Below, in pieces: positions 28,273 to 38,304 of a DNA stretch of 64,000 nucleotides. The stretch is taken from the NCBI GenBank assembly GCA_002898235.1, contig BEIL01000001.1:125041-189040 (forward strand), read 5' to 3'. Position numbers and translations under genes: made by a program. Under the pieces are notes generated by a model, which was not told where the DNA came from, ran no database searches, and saw only the letters and a list, made by a program, of their open reading frames with translations. The stretch comes from a bacterium HR35. Lineage in GTDB: Bacteria > Patescibacteriota > Minisyncoccia > UBA6257 > HR35. How positions within the stretch are numbered: position 1 is the first letter of the stretch; the number at the start of each line of letters is the position of its first letter.

Positions 28273-29995
28273 CAGAAAGAATTATAGTTTTATTATAAAA
28301 GAAATAACCTGGTTTAGTAACTTCGAGATTATATTCTCCGGGTGGTAAATTTTCAAACAAAACCTCGCCAGGAGAAAAACAAGAAGAATAAAAACTAAGA
28401 GAAACTTTATCTAAATAAGGAGTTACTGATGGGTCATTTGTTTGTAAGTAAACTTTATAACGAAAATAGCGATTATTTCTTAATATTGAAGGTAAATTAA
28501 ATTCAGAATCTTCAAAATAAGAATTACTAGTGCCATCAGGACCAATAAAATTCCAAGTTAAATTATCATTGTTAGCACTAACTTGAAATTTTATTGAAGT
28601 TCCTGGAGGTTTATTCCCTACCCAACTAAATTTTTTAAAAGCAGTTGTTGAGGTTCCTAAATCAATTGTTTTAGAAACCAACCATTCAGTTGAAGTTGAG
28701 TAAAATCCACCTAAATCCTTAAGTTTTAAAATTTCCGGATTAGAATCAGGATCAATTCCTGAACTTAAAGAATCATAACTATTATTCCAAGTATTGTTAA
28801 CTATTGTTTCTTCGCCAGTAGTTTTTTCCCAATATTCATTAACATTTTTAGTAACTCTTACATTAGCTCCATCAAGATAATTGCCAGCTTCATCAACAAC
28901 ACTAACCAAAAGATTTATCGGCGAACGGGAACTTAAGGTCAAATCATAAAAATAGTTAGAATTAGGCTTGACTTCAAATGGTTCTTCCAAAAATGGTTGA
29001 CTACTTCTTAATACATATCGAGAATCAGTTATAGTCAAATAGTAATTATCAAACTCAACATTTAATTCTTTAAAACCATTTTCATCTGTTGTAGTAGTTA
29101 TATCAGTTTTACTTTTTGGTGGATCAAAATTAATTAATTTTGTCCCTTTTAGATTAAATTGAGCAAAACTTAATGGTTGACAAAAGATATTATGAGTTTT
29201 AATTTTTAATTTACTTAAAAGATCAATTTGAAGAGTGACGGTCGTTAATTCACCAGCTCGGACAGTTTGATGAGGTAAAATCGGATTGGGTGTTTCTTGG
29301 GTTCCTGGCTGGTAAGTTCTATCAAAGGAATAACCACTTTTGGTAACATAAATGCTATAAGCATTAATTCCTGGAGGAATATCAATTAATCTTAAAATTC
29401 CTAAATTATCAGTTATATCTTGAATAGTAAATTGAGGAGAGTTTAAATAATCAACCTTTACCGAAGCATTAGCTACTGGTTTTCCTTCAGCATTAATTAC
29501 TTGGATAAACATTGAACCATTTCTAGTTAAAGCTTCAACTGTTTTAGGAGCTATATAGGTAGTTAAGACTTGTTTTTTTATTGGCAAAGAACAATTTAAA
29601 CATTCTCCTTCCAATTCTACTAATTTATAATCAGCTGGAGCAGTATCTCGAGGAGTTGAGGTTATAGTGCCATCTTTTGGATCATCAATATTTCTTATAT
29701 AAAAAGTAACCTTTATTTGAAGACCTCCTTTTTCAATTATTTTTTCTTTAGGCAAAATTCCAGGAGGCCAACTTCCTTGAATGCCAACATCTTCATATTT
29801 TAAAACTTTGATTTTTTCAATTTCATCTTGAAGAGCTGAAATAATTTGAAGATTAATTCGAGCTGAAGCTAAAATTCTGTTTACATTTTGAAAAAGAGAA
29901 AAAATAAAAGTTGAAATCAAAGCAATGATAGCTAAACTTAAAAGGACTTCAATCAAGGTAAAACTTTTATCTTGATAATTTATTGGAAATTTCAT
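28232..29995 (-). CDS. Large minor pilin (prepilin-type N-terminus, 587 aa) with beta-rich C-terminal domains; candidate tip or adhesin subunit
   Basis: KS-FTLIEVLLSLAIIALISTFIF prepilin N-terminus followed by ~550 aa of Ig/carboxypeptidase-regulatory-like beta domains. Confidence 0.65.
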   Translation of the reverse strand: MKFPINYQDKSFTLIEVLLSLAIIALISTFIFSLFQNVNRILASARINLQIISALQDEIEKIKVLKYEDVGIQGSWPPGILPKEKIIEKGGLQIKVTFYIRNIDDPKDGTITSTPRDTAPADYKLVELEGECLNCSLPIKKQVLTTYIAPKTVEALTRNGSMFIQVINAEGKPVANASVKVDYLNSPQFTIQDITDNLGILRLIDIPPGINAYSIYVTKSGYSFDRTYQPGTQETPNPILPHQTVRAGELTTVTLQIDLLSKLKIKTHNIFCQPLSFAQFNLKGTKLINFDPPKSKTDITTTTDENGFKELNVEFDNYYLTITDSRYVLRSSQPFLEEPFEVKPNSNYFYDLTLSSRSPINLLVSVVDEAGNYLDGANVRVTKNVNEYWEKTTGEETIVNNTWNNSYDSLSSGIDPDSNPEILKLKDLGGFYSTSTEWLVSKTIDLGTSTTAFKKFSWVGNKPPGTSIKFQVSANNDNLTWNFIGPDGTSNSYFEDSEFNLPSILRNNRYFRYKVYLQTNDPSVTPYLDKVSLSFYSSCFSPGEVLFENLPPGEYNLEVTKPGYFFYNKTIILSDEEFYHEKVILTP

Positions 29996-31031
29996 AAATA
30001 GGAGTAATAACTGCTAAAGCAATAAAACCTACTGAAGCGGCGATTATTATTAAAATCAAAGGCTCGAGAGAATTGACAAATCTTTCTAAATCAATATCTA
30101 ATTCTTCGTCATAATTTTCGGCAAGATAAAAAAGAGTATTGGCTAAATTACCGCTTTTTTCTCCAATAATTACCATCTGAATAAAATTATAAGGAAAATA
30201 TTTTTTATTTTTTTGTAAAAATTCTCCTAAGCTATGACCTTTAGAAATAAAATCAACTCCCTCAAGGACAATTTTTTGATAAACTAAATTTTCTAAACTT
30301 TCTCCGGAGAGTTTTAAAGCTTCAACTATTGGTAAACCACTTTCCAAAAGAATTGCCAAATTACGAGAAAATTGGGCTAAAACATATTTTCTAATTAAAC
30401 CAGAAACAAGAGGAAAATGAATTAAAAAGAAATGAAAACCGTATTTAAGTTGCTGAAATCTTAAAAGAAGAGGAAAAGAAAAAAATAGGATTAGGAGGCT
30501 TAAAAAGAGATAGATCCCATAATTTAAAAGAAATAATGAGACTGATAAAAAGATTTTAGTAGTTAAGGGTAATTCTACTCCTAAGTTTTGAAAAATAGGT
30601 AAAAGCCTAGGAAAAAGAAAATAAACAACCAAAACTATAATTCCTATCATAGAGCCAATAATAAAAGAGGGATAGATAAAAGAAGTTATCATTTTGCTCC
30701 TAAGCTTTTCTATTTTCCTAAATTCAATAGCTAATCTTTCTAAATTATCAGTTAGTTTTCCTGTATATTCACCAACTCTAATAACCGAAACAAAAAAATT
30801 GCCTAATTTATTATTAAATTTTTCTAAAGCAGTAGCTAAAAATTGACCTCTTTCAATGTCATTAATTATCTCACCCAAGATATATCTTAAAGATTTCGAA
30901 GAGCTACTTTCTCTTAAAATAATTAAAGCTTCAGAAAGGCTAATTCCACTTTTTAAAAGAAGAGCTAGATTTCTGGAAAAATTTATTTTATCGTTTAAAG
31001 TTACTCTAAAAATAAAAGGTTTTTTATTCAT
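29967..31031 (-). CDS. pilC: Type IV pilus assembly platform protein PilC (GspF family)
   Basis: Two T2SSF repeats (LLKSGISLSEALIIL...; LLESGLPIVEALKL...) with polytopic TM helices. Confidence 0.85.
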   Translation of the reverse strand: MNKKPFIFRVTLNDKINFSRNLALLLKSGISLSEALIILRESSSSKSLRYILGEIINDIERGQFLATALEKFNNKLGNFFVSVIRVGEYTGKLTDNLERLAIEFRKIEKLRSKMITSFIYPSFIIGSMIGIIVLVVYFLFPRLLPIFQNLGVELPLTTKIFLSVSLFLLNYGIYLFLSLLILFFSFPLLLRFQQLKYGFHFFLIHFPLVSGLIRKYVLAQFSRNLAILLESGLPIVEALKLSGESLENLVYQKIVLEGVDFISKGHSLGEFLQKNKKYFPYNFIQMVIIGEKSGNLANTLFYLAENYDEELDIDLERFVNSLEPLILIIIAASVGFIALAVITPIYEISNKLSR

Positions 31032-32268
31032 GGCTAACTCTTAAAACTTCTTCGATGGTGGTAATCCCCTGAATAACCTTTCTTATACCATCTTCCAAAA
31101 TTGTTGTCATTCCCAATTCAATTGCTTTATCTTTAATTTCAGTTGAACTTGCTTTTTTAAGAATCAATTCTCTAATCTCATCAGAAATACTTAAAACTTC
31201 ATAAACTCCAGTTCGACCATAATATCCAGTATTGTTACAATTTTTACAACCCTCACCATAATTTATTTTAGTTATTTTTTCTAGTTCCTCGATTGTTCTT
31301 TCTGGTAAAAATTCTTTTAAAGATTCAATTTCTGCTTTTTTTATTTCTCTTTCCTTTCGACAATAATTGCAAATTTTTCTAACCAACCTTTGACCAATTA
31401 CTACATTCACAGTTGAAGCAATAAGATATGGCTCAACTCCTAATTCTAAAAGCCTAACAATAGCTCCAGGAGCATCATTAGTATGCAAAGTCGACAAAAG
31501 TAGATGGCCTGTTAAAGCAGCATTAACGGCAATACTTGCTGTTTCTTCATCTCTAATTTCTCCTACCATAATAATATCAGGGTCTTGTCTTAAAATAGCT
31601 CTTAAACCTTTACCAAAGGTCAAATTAGTTTGAGGATTAACTTGAATTTGAGTAATTCCTGGAATGGCATATTCTACGGGATCTTCAATGGTAATTATAT
31701 GAACTCCTTCGGTATTTAAAACATTCAAAATAGTATAAAGCATTGTTGTTTTTCCTGAACCCGTTGGTCCAGTAGCTAAAATCATTCCGTATGGTCGAGA
31801 AATTGCCTTTTTTATTTCTTCTAAATCTCGAGATGATAGTCCTAAATTTTCTAAAGTAAATTTTTCTCCTAGACTGACTAATAATCTTAAAATTGCATTC
31901 TCTCCGTAATAAGTAGGCATAATTGAAACCCTAATATCAAAATAATCATTTTTTTCTTCATCAAGATAAAAACGAAAGCGCCCATCTTGAGCAGCAAAAT
32001 GTTCGTCAATCCTCAGATTAGATAAAATCTTTATCCTGGAAATTATTTCATCTTGAAGAACTTTAGGAATTTCAAAAAAATTATGAACAATTCCATCTAT
32101 CCGATAGCGAGCTAATAAATATTTTTCTCTCGGTTGAAGATGAATATCCGAAGCTCGAGAAAGATAACCTAAAAGAATAAGATTTTTAACTATTTCAACA
32201 ATTGAAGCGACTTCTTGAGGTTTTTTAATTTCTTCTTCAATAATTGTTTTTAAAGATTCAATCTCCAT
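31024..32268 (-). CDS. pilB: Type IV pilus assembly ATPase PilB (GspE family)
   Basis: Walker A ATGPTGSGKTT, Asp and His boxes, and the C-terminal tetracysteine CNYC...CKNC typical of PilB/GspE and absent from PilT. Confidence 0.85.
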   Translation of the reverse strand: MEIESLKTIIEEEIKKPQEVASIVEIVKNLILLGYLSRASDIHLQPREKYLLARYRIDGIVHNFFEIPKVLQDEIISRIKILSNLRIDEHFAAQDGRFRFYLDEEKNDYFDIRVSIMPTYYGENAILRLLVSLGEKFTLENLGLSSRDLEEIKKAISRPYGMILATGPTGSGKTTMLYTILNVLNTEGVHIITIEDPVEYAIPGITQIQVNPQTNLTFGKGLRAILRQDPDIIMVGEIRDEETASIAVNAALTGHLLLSTLHTNDAPGAIVRLLELGVEPYLIASTVNVVIGQRLVRKICNYCRKEREIKKAEIESLKEFLPERTIEELEKITKINYGEGCKNCNNTGYYGRTGVYEVLSISDEIRELILKKASSTEIKDKAIELGMTTILEDGIRKVIQGITTIEEVLRVSHE

Positions 32269-33108
32269 TTAAAAACTTGTTTCTTCTTCTAAAATCTCGC
32301 CAAGCACAACTTCTGGATTAGCAGCTGCTTTTTCTAAGTTTTCAATTAAAGTGTTAAAGAGGTCATCAAATTCGGTTGGTAGTCTTTTTCTTTTATAAGG
32401 ATTAGCCCAGGAAATGATTTGTTGATAAATATAAGGATGCCACTTATCCATTTCTTTTAATTTTTGAGCAATATCTCTAACTAAAGTATTAGCCTGAATT
32501 ACTTTTTCGCTTCGAGCTTCTCTAACTTTTAGAGCTGTTTCTAATGGTTCATCTAAGAAGAAATCACATTTTTTAAGAATTGACTCAAAAGAACTTCCAG
32601 ACAGTTTTTCAGCCTTTTCGTAAGCTATTCCCAAAGTTACATAATAAGCTTGTTCAATTGAGTCAGCTATTTCCGGATCAGATTCAATCATCTGAGGATT
32701 AGCTTCTAAATATTGTCTATAAATAGCAATAGCTACATAAGATTTTTCTCTAATATTCAGTTCTTTTTCAATATTAAAGTTCATCATTAATTGAGCCAAT
32801 CTTTCAGGAACAACAATAGCTGGCAATTCTTTAATTCCTAGTTCTTTAGCGGCTAAAAGCCGATGTTGACCATCAATAATCATATACATTCCATCTTCTC
32901 GCGGGACAACAATTACCGGAACAATAAACCCTATTCTTTCAATTGAATTAACTAGATGTTTGACATGATAAGGACTGGGTTTTCGCTGATGAGGAACTAC
33001 AGTTAAATTTTCAATAGGAATCATTTTAAATTGTAAATCTTGATGATGGTAGGGGTCCTTAAAGGAAAAAATACCAACTTGGGTTTCTTTCTTTTTTCTG
33101 GGGCTCAT
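32269..33108 (-). CDS. ParB/Srx-fold (ParB N-terminal domain) protein, first gene of the pilus operon
   Basis: ParBc motifs IPIENLTVVPHQRKP ... MIIDGQHRLLAAKELGIKELPAIVVP. No recognisable ParB HTH or dimerisation domain. Its stop abuts the pilB ATG. Confidence 0.7.
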   Translation of the reverse strand: MSPRKKKETQVGIFSFKDPYHHQDLQFKMIPIENLTVVPHQRKPSPYHVKHLVNSIERIGFIVPVIVVPREDGMYMIIDGQHRLLAAKELGIKELPAIVVPERLAQLMMNFNIEKELNIREKSYVAIAIYRQYLEANPQMIESDPEIADSIEQAYYVTLGIAYEKAEKLSGSSFESILKKCDFFLDEPLETALKVREARSEKVIQANTLVRDIAQKLKEMDKWHPYIYQQIISWANPYKRKRLPTEFDDLFNTLIENLEKAAANPEVVLGEILEEETSF

Positions 33109-33200
33109 TTTTTATTTTTTTTTAATTAATTCGGCTCTTTTTAGGTATAATACTATTAATATTTATTATACCTCAATTTTTTATTTAAAAAAATCAAAAA

Positions 33201-36200
33201 ATGCAAAAAGAAATAGAAGATTTATTTACCTTTTACCTTGAAATTTGCCCAATTGACAAAGCTGGTGCTTTTTCGAAAGAAATTTTTAATTATGGACTAT
33301 GTGAAAGAGATTTTTCTTTCTTTAAAAAAAGCTTGTGGGAGATTAAAGAAAGTGAAATTGATCAAAGTTTATTAAATTTTTATTCTCAGAATTATGAAGT
33401 CTATAAAAAATTAAAAGAATATAAAGATTTTTTTGAAAAAAATTTAGGCTTTCCACCTTTTAAATTAAACCTTTATTGGGCTCAAAGAGTTTTCAAACAT
33501 GAGTCTTTCACAATTATTGCTCCTACTGGCATAGGTAAAACTACTTTTGGAATTGCCATCTCTCATTTTTATCCAGGGAAGGTTTATTATTTAGTTCCTT
33601 CTAAAATTTTACTTGCCGAAATTGAAAGAAAATTAAATTTGATAAAATCAAACAAAAAAATTTTAGTTATCAAAAAACCCGAAGATAAAGAAAAACTTCT
33701 AAGCGGAGATTTTGATATTTTAGTAACTACTTCTCATTTTCTTCATAAAAATTTTGATAATCTACCTAAAAATTTTGAATTGGTTTTCATTGATGATTCT
33801 GATTCTTTAATAAGACAACCCAAAAATATAGATAAGGTTTTAAAGCTTATAGGAGTGACAGATGAAGAAATTAACCAAGCTCTGGAAATAATTTCTAAAA
33901 AAAGACAAGCTAAAAATTTTGAAGATTATCAAAAAATCGACAAATTAGAAATTGACCCCAAAACTAAAGGAATAGTTATTGCTGCCTCGGCTACTTTAAC
34001 TCCCAAAACTAAAAGAATAAACCTTTTTAGAGAAATTTTAAAATTTGAAATTGGTTCTTCATCGACTTATTTGAGAAATATCGAAGAAGTTTATCAATTA
34101 GTATCTAAAGATAATCTTTGGCTCGAATCAATTAAATGGATTAAAAAATTAGGAGATGGCGGTTTTGTTTTTTTGAGCGATGATTATAATAAACAAGATT
34201 TAGAAAATTATTTAAGTTTATTAAAGGAAAACGGAATAACTGCTGTCTCTTATGAAAAATTTAATTCTAAAAATTTGAAAAAATTTTTAGACGATGAGAT
34301 TCAAGTAGTGGTTGGTTTTTCTAATATTAAAAATCCTTTAACTCGAGGAATTGACCTTCCTCAAAAGGTAAGGTATGCTCTTTTTATAGGCGTTCCTAAG
34401 TTTATTCTTTCCTTAAAAATCAGTTTTAGTCCTCTTCAACTTTTTTGGATTTCTTTAACTCTAAGAGAATTTTTAGAAGAGATGGAAAAAAATTTTATTA
34501 ATCGCCACATCAATTTTCTTAAAAAAATTTCTTATTTGAAAGAAGAAGAAATTTTAGCTAATAAAATTCTTAAAGAAAGAATTGAACCTTTAAGAAATTT
34601 TTTGATAGAAAAAATTAATTCTGCTGAAATTTTAGAAAAAATTAAAAATCATCCACGATTAGTTTTGGAAAAAAGAAAAGAAGAGTTTGTTTTACTTATT
34701 TCTGATCCTCGAGGTTATCTTCAAGCTTCAGGAAGAACTTCTAGACTTTTTCCTTTAGGTTTAACTAAGGGTTTAGCTTTACTTTTAACTGAAAATGAAA
34801 AACTGCTCAGACATCTTGAAGACAAATTAAAAATTATTGGTTACCAAACAAAATTTAAAGAAGTCAAAGAAGTAAATTTAGAAGAAATTCTTAAAAAAAT
34901 CGATGAAGATCGAGAAATTGTTAAAAGAGTTTTTAAAGGAGAAGAATTTGTTTTCAAAGATCCAATTGAAACAGCTTTAGTTATTGTTGAGTCACCAACA
35001 AAAGCAAGAACAATTTCTAATTTTTTTGGTAGACCGGCAAGAAGAATTAAAAGGGGGGTAACTATTTATGAAATTTCTTTAGGTAATCTTCATTTAAACA
35101 TTTGTGCTACTATGGGGCATTTTGTTGATTTAGTTTATTCTAAAGGTTATTATGGAGTTGAGGTTAAAGATGGAAATTTTTACCCTATTTTTCAATATAT
35201 AAAAATTTGTCAAAATTGTGGTCGCCATCTTGATTTTAGCGAAGATGCTTGTCCCATTTGTGGTTCAAATAATATTTTTACCAAAAGAAATATTATCGAA
35301 GGCTTAAAAGAAATAGCTGAAGAGGTTAACAAAATTTATTTAGCTACTGACCCTGATGCCGAAGGAGAAAAAATTGCTTATGATTTAGCCAATTTTCTCT
35401 ATCCTTATAATCAAAATCTTTATCGTTTAGAACTTCATGAAATTACTAAAGAGGAATTTTTAAAAAGATTAAAAGAACCACGAGAAATCAATTTAAATTT
35501 AGTTAAAGCTCAACTTGTCAGAAGGATAGCTGATCGATGGGTAGGTTTATATTTAAGTGAAAAAATTCAAAATCATTTTAAAAACCTTAACCTCTCTGCT
35601 GGTAGGGTTCAAACACCAATTCTGGGTTGGATATTAGAAAGAAATAAAGAAATAAAAAACAAAATTTATTTTATTAATGTTGAAAGCGAAGGTGGCAATT
35701 TTGCTTTTGAAACAACTGAAAAAAATAAAGTTCAGGAATTGAAAAAACTTTTTAAAAATAATGAGTTAAAAATTAAAATAAAAATTGAAAAAACTGAAGA
35801 AAAAAAACTTTCTCCTCCGCCACCTTATGAAACTAATAGTCTTTTAAGAGATGCTTTTAATTTTTTTAAATTTTCTTCTCAAACAACAATGAATTTAGCT
35901 CAAGATTTATTTGAAAGAGGTTTAATTACTTATCATCGAACTGATTCGATTTATATTTCTGAATTAGGAAGATTTTTAGCTCGAGAATATTTAGAAAAAA
36001 ATAATCTTTTAGAAATCTATCAACCTCGAAGTTGGGGCAGTCAAGGAACCCATGAGGGCATTAGGCCAACTAGAGTTTCAGATGTTAATGATTTGATTGA
36101 AGAAATGATAATAAGCGGCAGAAGAGAACTAAATGCTAACCATCTTAAGCTTTATGGTTTAATCTTTAATCGTTTTTTAGCTTCTCAAGTTAAAGAAGCT

Positions 36201-36692
36201 CAAATTATGGAAGCTCTTTTAAAAATAAAGTTGTTAGATTTAGAAAAAGAAACTAAAGAGGTTTTAAAAATTAATCAATTGGGTTATCTTCAATTTTTTA
36301 AAAATATAAGAACAAATGAAATTAAAGAAGGTGAATTTTTAGTTAAGAAGATAAATATTAAAAGAAGACCAAGGGAGTTTTATTATTCTCAGGCAGAGTT
36401 AATAGAAACAATGAAAACTCGTGGTTTAGGACGACCTTCAACTTATGCTACTTTTATTCAAACGCTTCTTGAAAGAAAATATGTTCTTGATAAATCTGGC
36501 TACTTAATTCCTACATCTTTGGGAGAAAAAATTTATAATTATCTTAAGAAGAAATATAACTATTATGTTGATGAAAACTTTACTAGAATTTTAGAAAAAA
36601 ATATGGATGAGATTGAAAATGGTCTATTAGATTACAAAAAAGTTTTAGAGGAAATTTTTATTAAACTATTTAATAAAAATGCAACTCATTGA
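33201..36692 (+). CDS. rgy: Reverse gyrase (helicase-like domain fused to type IA topoisomerase)
   Basis: N-terminal SF2 helicase-like module FPPFKLNLYWAQRVFKHESFTIIAPTGIGKTTFG ... FIDDSDSL. Then a topo IA module with TOPRIM ALVIVESPTKARTISNFFG, a zinc ribbon CQNCGRH...CPICGS and the catalytic Tyr block ITYHRTDSIYIS. 1163 aa. Confidence 0.9.
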   Translation: MQKEIEDLFTFYLEICPIDKAGAFSKEIFNYGLCERDFSFFKKSLWEIKESEIDQSLLNFYSQNYEVYKKLKEYKDFFEKNLGFPPFKLNLYWAQRVFKHESFTIIAPTGIGKTTFGIAISHFYPGKVYYLVPSKILLAEIERKLNLIKSNKKILVIKKPEDKEKLLSGDFDILVTTSHFLHKNFDNLPKNFELVFIDDSDSLIRQPKNIDKVLKLIGVTDEEINQALEIISKKRQAKNFEDYQKIDKLEIDPKTKGIVIAASATLTPKTKRINLFREILKFEIGSSSTYLRNIEEVYQLVSKDNLWLESIKWIKKLGDGGFVFLSDDYNKQDLENYLSLLKENGITAVSYEKFNSKNLKKFLDDEIQVVVGFSNIKNPLTRGIDLPQKVRYALFIGVPKFILSLKISFSPLQLFWISLTLREFLEEMEKNFINRHINFLKKISYLKEEEILANKILKERIEPLRNFLIEKINSAEILEKIKNHPRLVLEKRKEEFVLLISDPRGYLQASGRTSRLFPLGLTKGLALLLTENEKLLRHLEDKLKIIGYQTKFKEVKEVNLEEILKKIDEDREIVKRVFKGEEFVFKDPIETALVIVESPTKARTISNFFGRPARRIKRGVTIYEISLGNLHLNICATMGHFVDLVYSKGYYGVEVKDGNFYPIFQYIKICQNCGRHLDFSEDACPICGSNNIFTKRNIIEGLKEIAEEVNKIYLATDPDAEGEKIAYDLANFLYPYNQNLYRLELHEITKEEFLKRLKEPREINLNLVKAQLVRRIADRWVGLYLSEKIQNHFKNLNLSAGRVQTPILGWILERNKEIKNKIYFINVESEGGNFAFETTEKNKVQELKKLFKNNELKIKIKIEKTEEKKLSPPPPYETNSLLRDAFNFFKFSSQTTMNLAQDLFERGLITYHRTDSIYISELGRFLAREYLEKNNLLEIYQPRSWGSQGTHEGIRPTRVSDVNDLIEEMIISGRRELNANHLKLYGLIFNRFLASQVKEAQIMEALLKIKLLDLEKETKEVLKINQLGYLQFFKNIRTNEIKEGEFLVKKINIKRRPREFYYSQAELIETMKTRGLGRPSTYATFIQTLLERKYVLDKSGYLIPTSLGEKIYNYLKKKYNYYVDENFTRILEKNMDEIENGLLDYKKVLEEIFIKLFNKNATH

Positions 36693-38304
36693 TTTATATC
36701 GAAAAACAAAATTAATTTTAAAAAAAGAACTTTCTCCAGCTGACTATTTAGCTTTAGAAAAAGATTTAAAATTTTTTCTGACCAAAGATGAAAATTTTGG
36801 TGATTATTCAACTAATCTTCTTTTTCTTTTAAAAAAAATAAAACCAGAAAAAGAAGAGGTTATTTTAGAAACTATAAAAAATAAATTTAAAAATTATTTT
36901 GACAGAATTGAAGTTGAAGGTGGATATCTTAATTTTTACTTAGGAGAAAAAGTTTTATTTGAGGATTTAAGGGAAATTCTTAAAAAACGATACAAATTTT
37001 TCTTTTCTCTTTTTAAAAAACAAAGAGTTGTTCTTGATTATGTTTCAGCTAATCCAACTGGTCCTCTTCATTTAGGAAATATTAGATCAGCAGTTTTAGG
37101 AGATAGTTTGGCTAATTTTTTAAAACTTTTGGGTTTTAAGGTTACTAAAGAATATTATGTTAATGATCGAGGAACCCAAATAGAAATTTTAGCTAAATCA
37201 GCTAAAGCCTATCTTAATCTTTTACCCTTTGAAGATGAATATTATCGAGGTGAGTATTTAGAAAAAATTGCTCAAAAATATAAAGATTATGTTAAAAAAG
37301 AAGAAAACTTTGAAAAACTGGGTAAATTTTTAGCAAAAATTATTTTAGAAGGTGAAATTAAAAAATCTTTAAAAAGATTAGGAACAAAATTCGATAATTA
37401 CTTTTTTGAATCATCTCTTTATCAAGATAAAAAACTTATCGATAGAGTTTTAAAAATTTTTGAGAAAAAAAATCTTTTGGAGAAAAAAAATGGAGCCTTA
37501 ATTCTTAAATTAACTAAAGTAGGGGAAAATAAAGATGAATTTTTAATTAGGGAAAACGGCAAGCCAACTTATTTTTTCTCTGATATTCTTTATCATTACC
37601 AAAAATTCTTTATTAGAAAATTTAAACTTTTAATAGATATTTTTGGCGCTGACCATCATGACCATATAAGAAGATTAAAAAAAACTCTAGAAATTTTGGG
37701 TATTAAAGAAAAAAATCTAAAATTTATCACTTATCAACATGTTCTTATAAAGAGGGGAGAAGAAATTTTAAGAATGTCAAAAAGAAAGGGAGTTTATATT
37801 ACTATTGACGAACTTTTAGATGTTTTACCAAGTGGTTTAGTTAGGTTTCTTTTTTTAGCTATTACGCCAGATTCACCTTTAGAATTTGATTTAGAATTAG
37901 CTCTTAAAAAAAGCGAGGAAAATCCTTATTGGTATAGTCAATATGCCTCTGCTCGCCTAAATAGCATCTTAGAGAAATTAAAAGAAAAAGGTTATAAAAT
38001 TAACATAAAACTTGATCCACAAAAGATTGCTTCTCATTTAATTAAAGATGAGTTAATTAAAAATCTAGTGAGAAGTTTTCACAAATTTAAAGATTTAAAT
38101 TTAATCATCATTAAAGAATTAAAACCAAATCTTTACTATGATTTCTTCCTCAATTTCATCAAAAAGATTCATTATTTTTATGAAAATAAAAAAATAATTA
38201 GAGAAGAAATCGATCGTCGCGAGGTAGTTTTCGTTAAAACTTTAAGAGATGTCTTAGGTTTTTGGTTTAAACTTATGGGCGTTGAGCCGATGAAAAAAAT
38301 TTAA
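36679..38304 (+). CDS. argS: Arginine--tRNA ligase
   Basis: Class I HIGH-region DYVSANPTGPLHLGNIRSAVLGD and the ArgRS anticodon-binding C-terminus. Confidence 0.9.
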   Translation: MQLIDLYRKTKLILKKELSPADYLALEKDLKFFLTKDENFGDYSTNLLFLLKKIKPEKEEVILETIKNKFKNYFDRIEVEGGYLNFYLGEKVLFEDLREILKKRYKFFFSLFKKQRVVLDYVSANPTGPLHLGNIRSAVLGDSLANFLKLLGFKVTKEYYVNDRGTQIEILAKSAKAYLNLLPFEDEYYRGEYLEKIAQKYKDYVKKEENFEKLGKFLAKIILEGEIKKSLKRLGTKFDNYFFESSLYQDKKLIDRVLKIFEKKNLLEKKNGALILKLTKVGENKDEFLIRENGKPTYFFSDILYHYQKFFIRKFKLLIDIFGADHHDHIRRLKKTLEILGIKEKNLKFITYQHVLIKRGEEILRMSKRKGVYITIDELLDVLPSGLVRFLFLAITPDSPLEFDLELALKKSEENPYWYSQYASARLNSILEKLKEKGYKINIKLDPQKIASHLIKDELIKNLVRSFHKFKDLNLIIIKELKPNLYYDFFLNFIKKIHYFYENKKIIREEIDRREVVFVKTLRDVLGFWFKLMGVEPMKKI

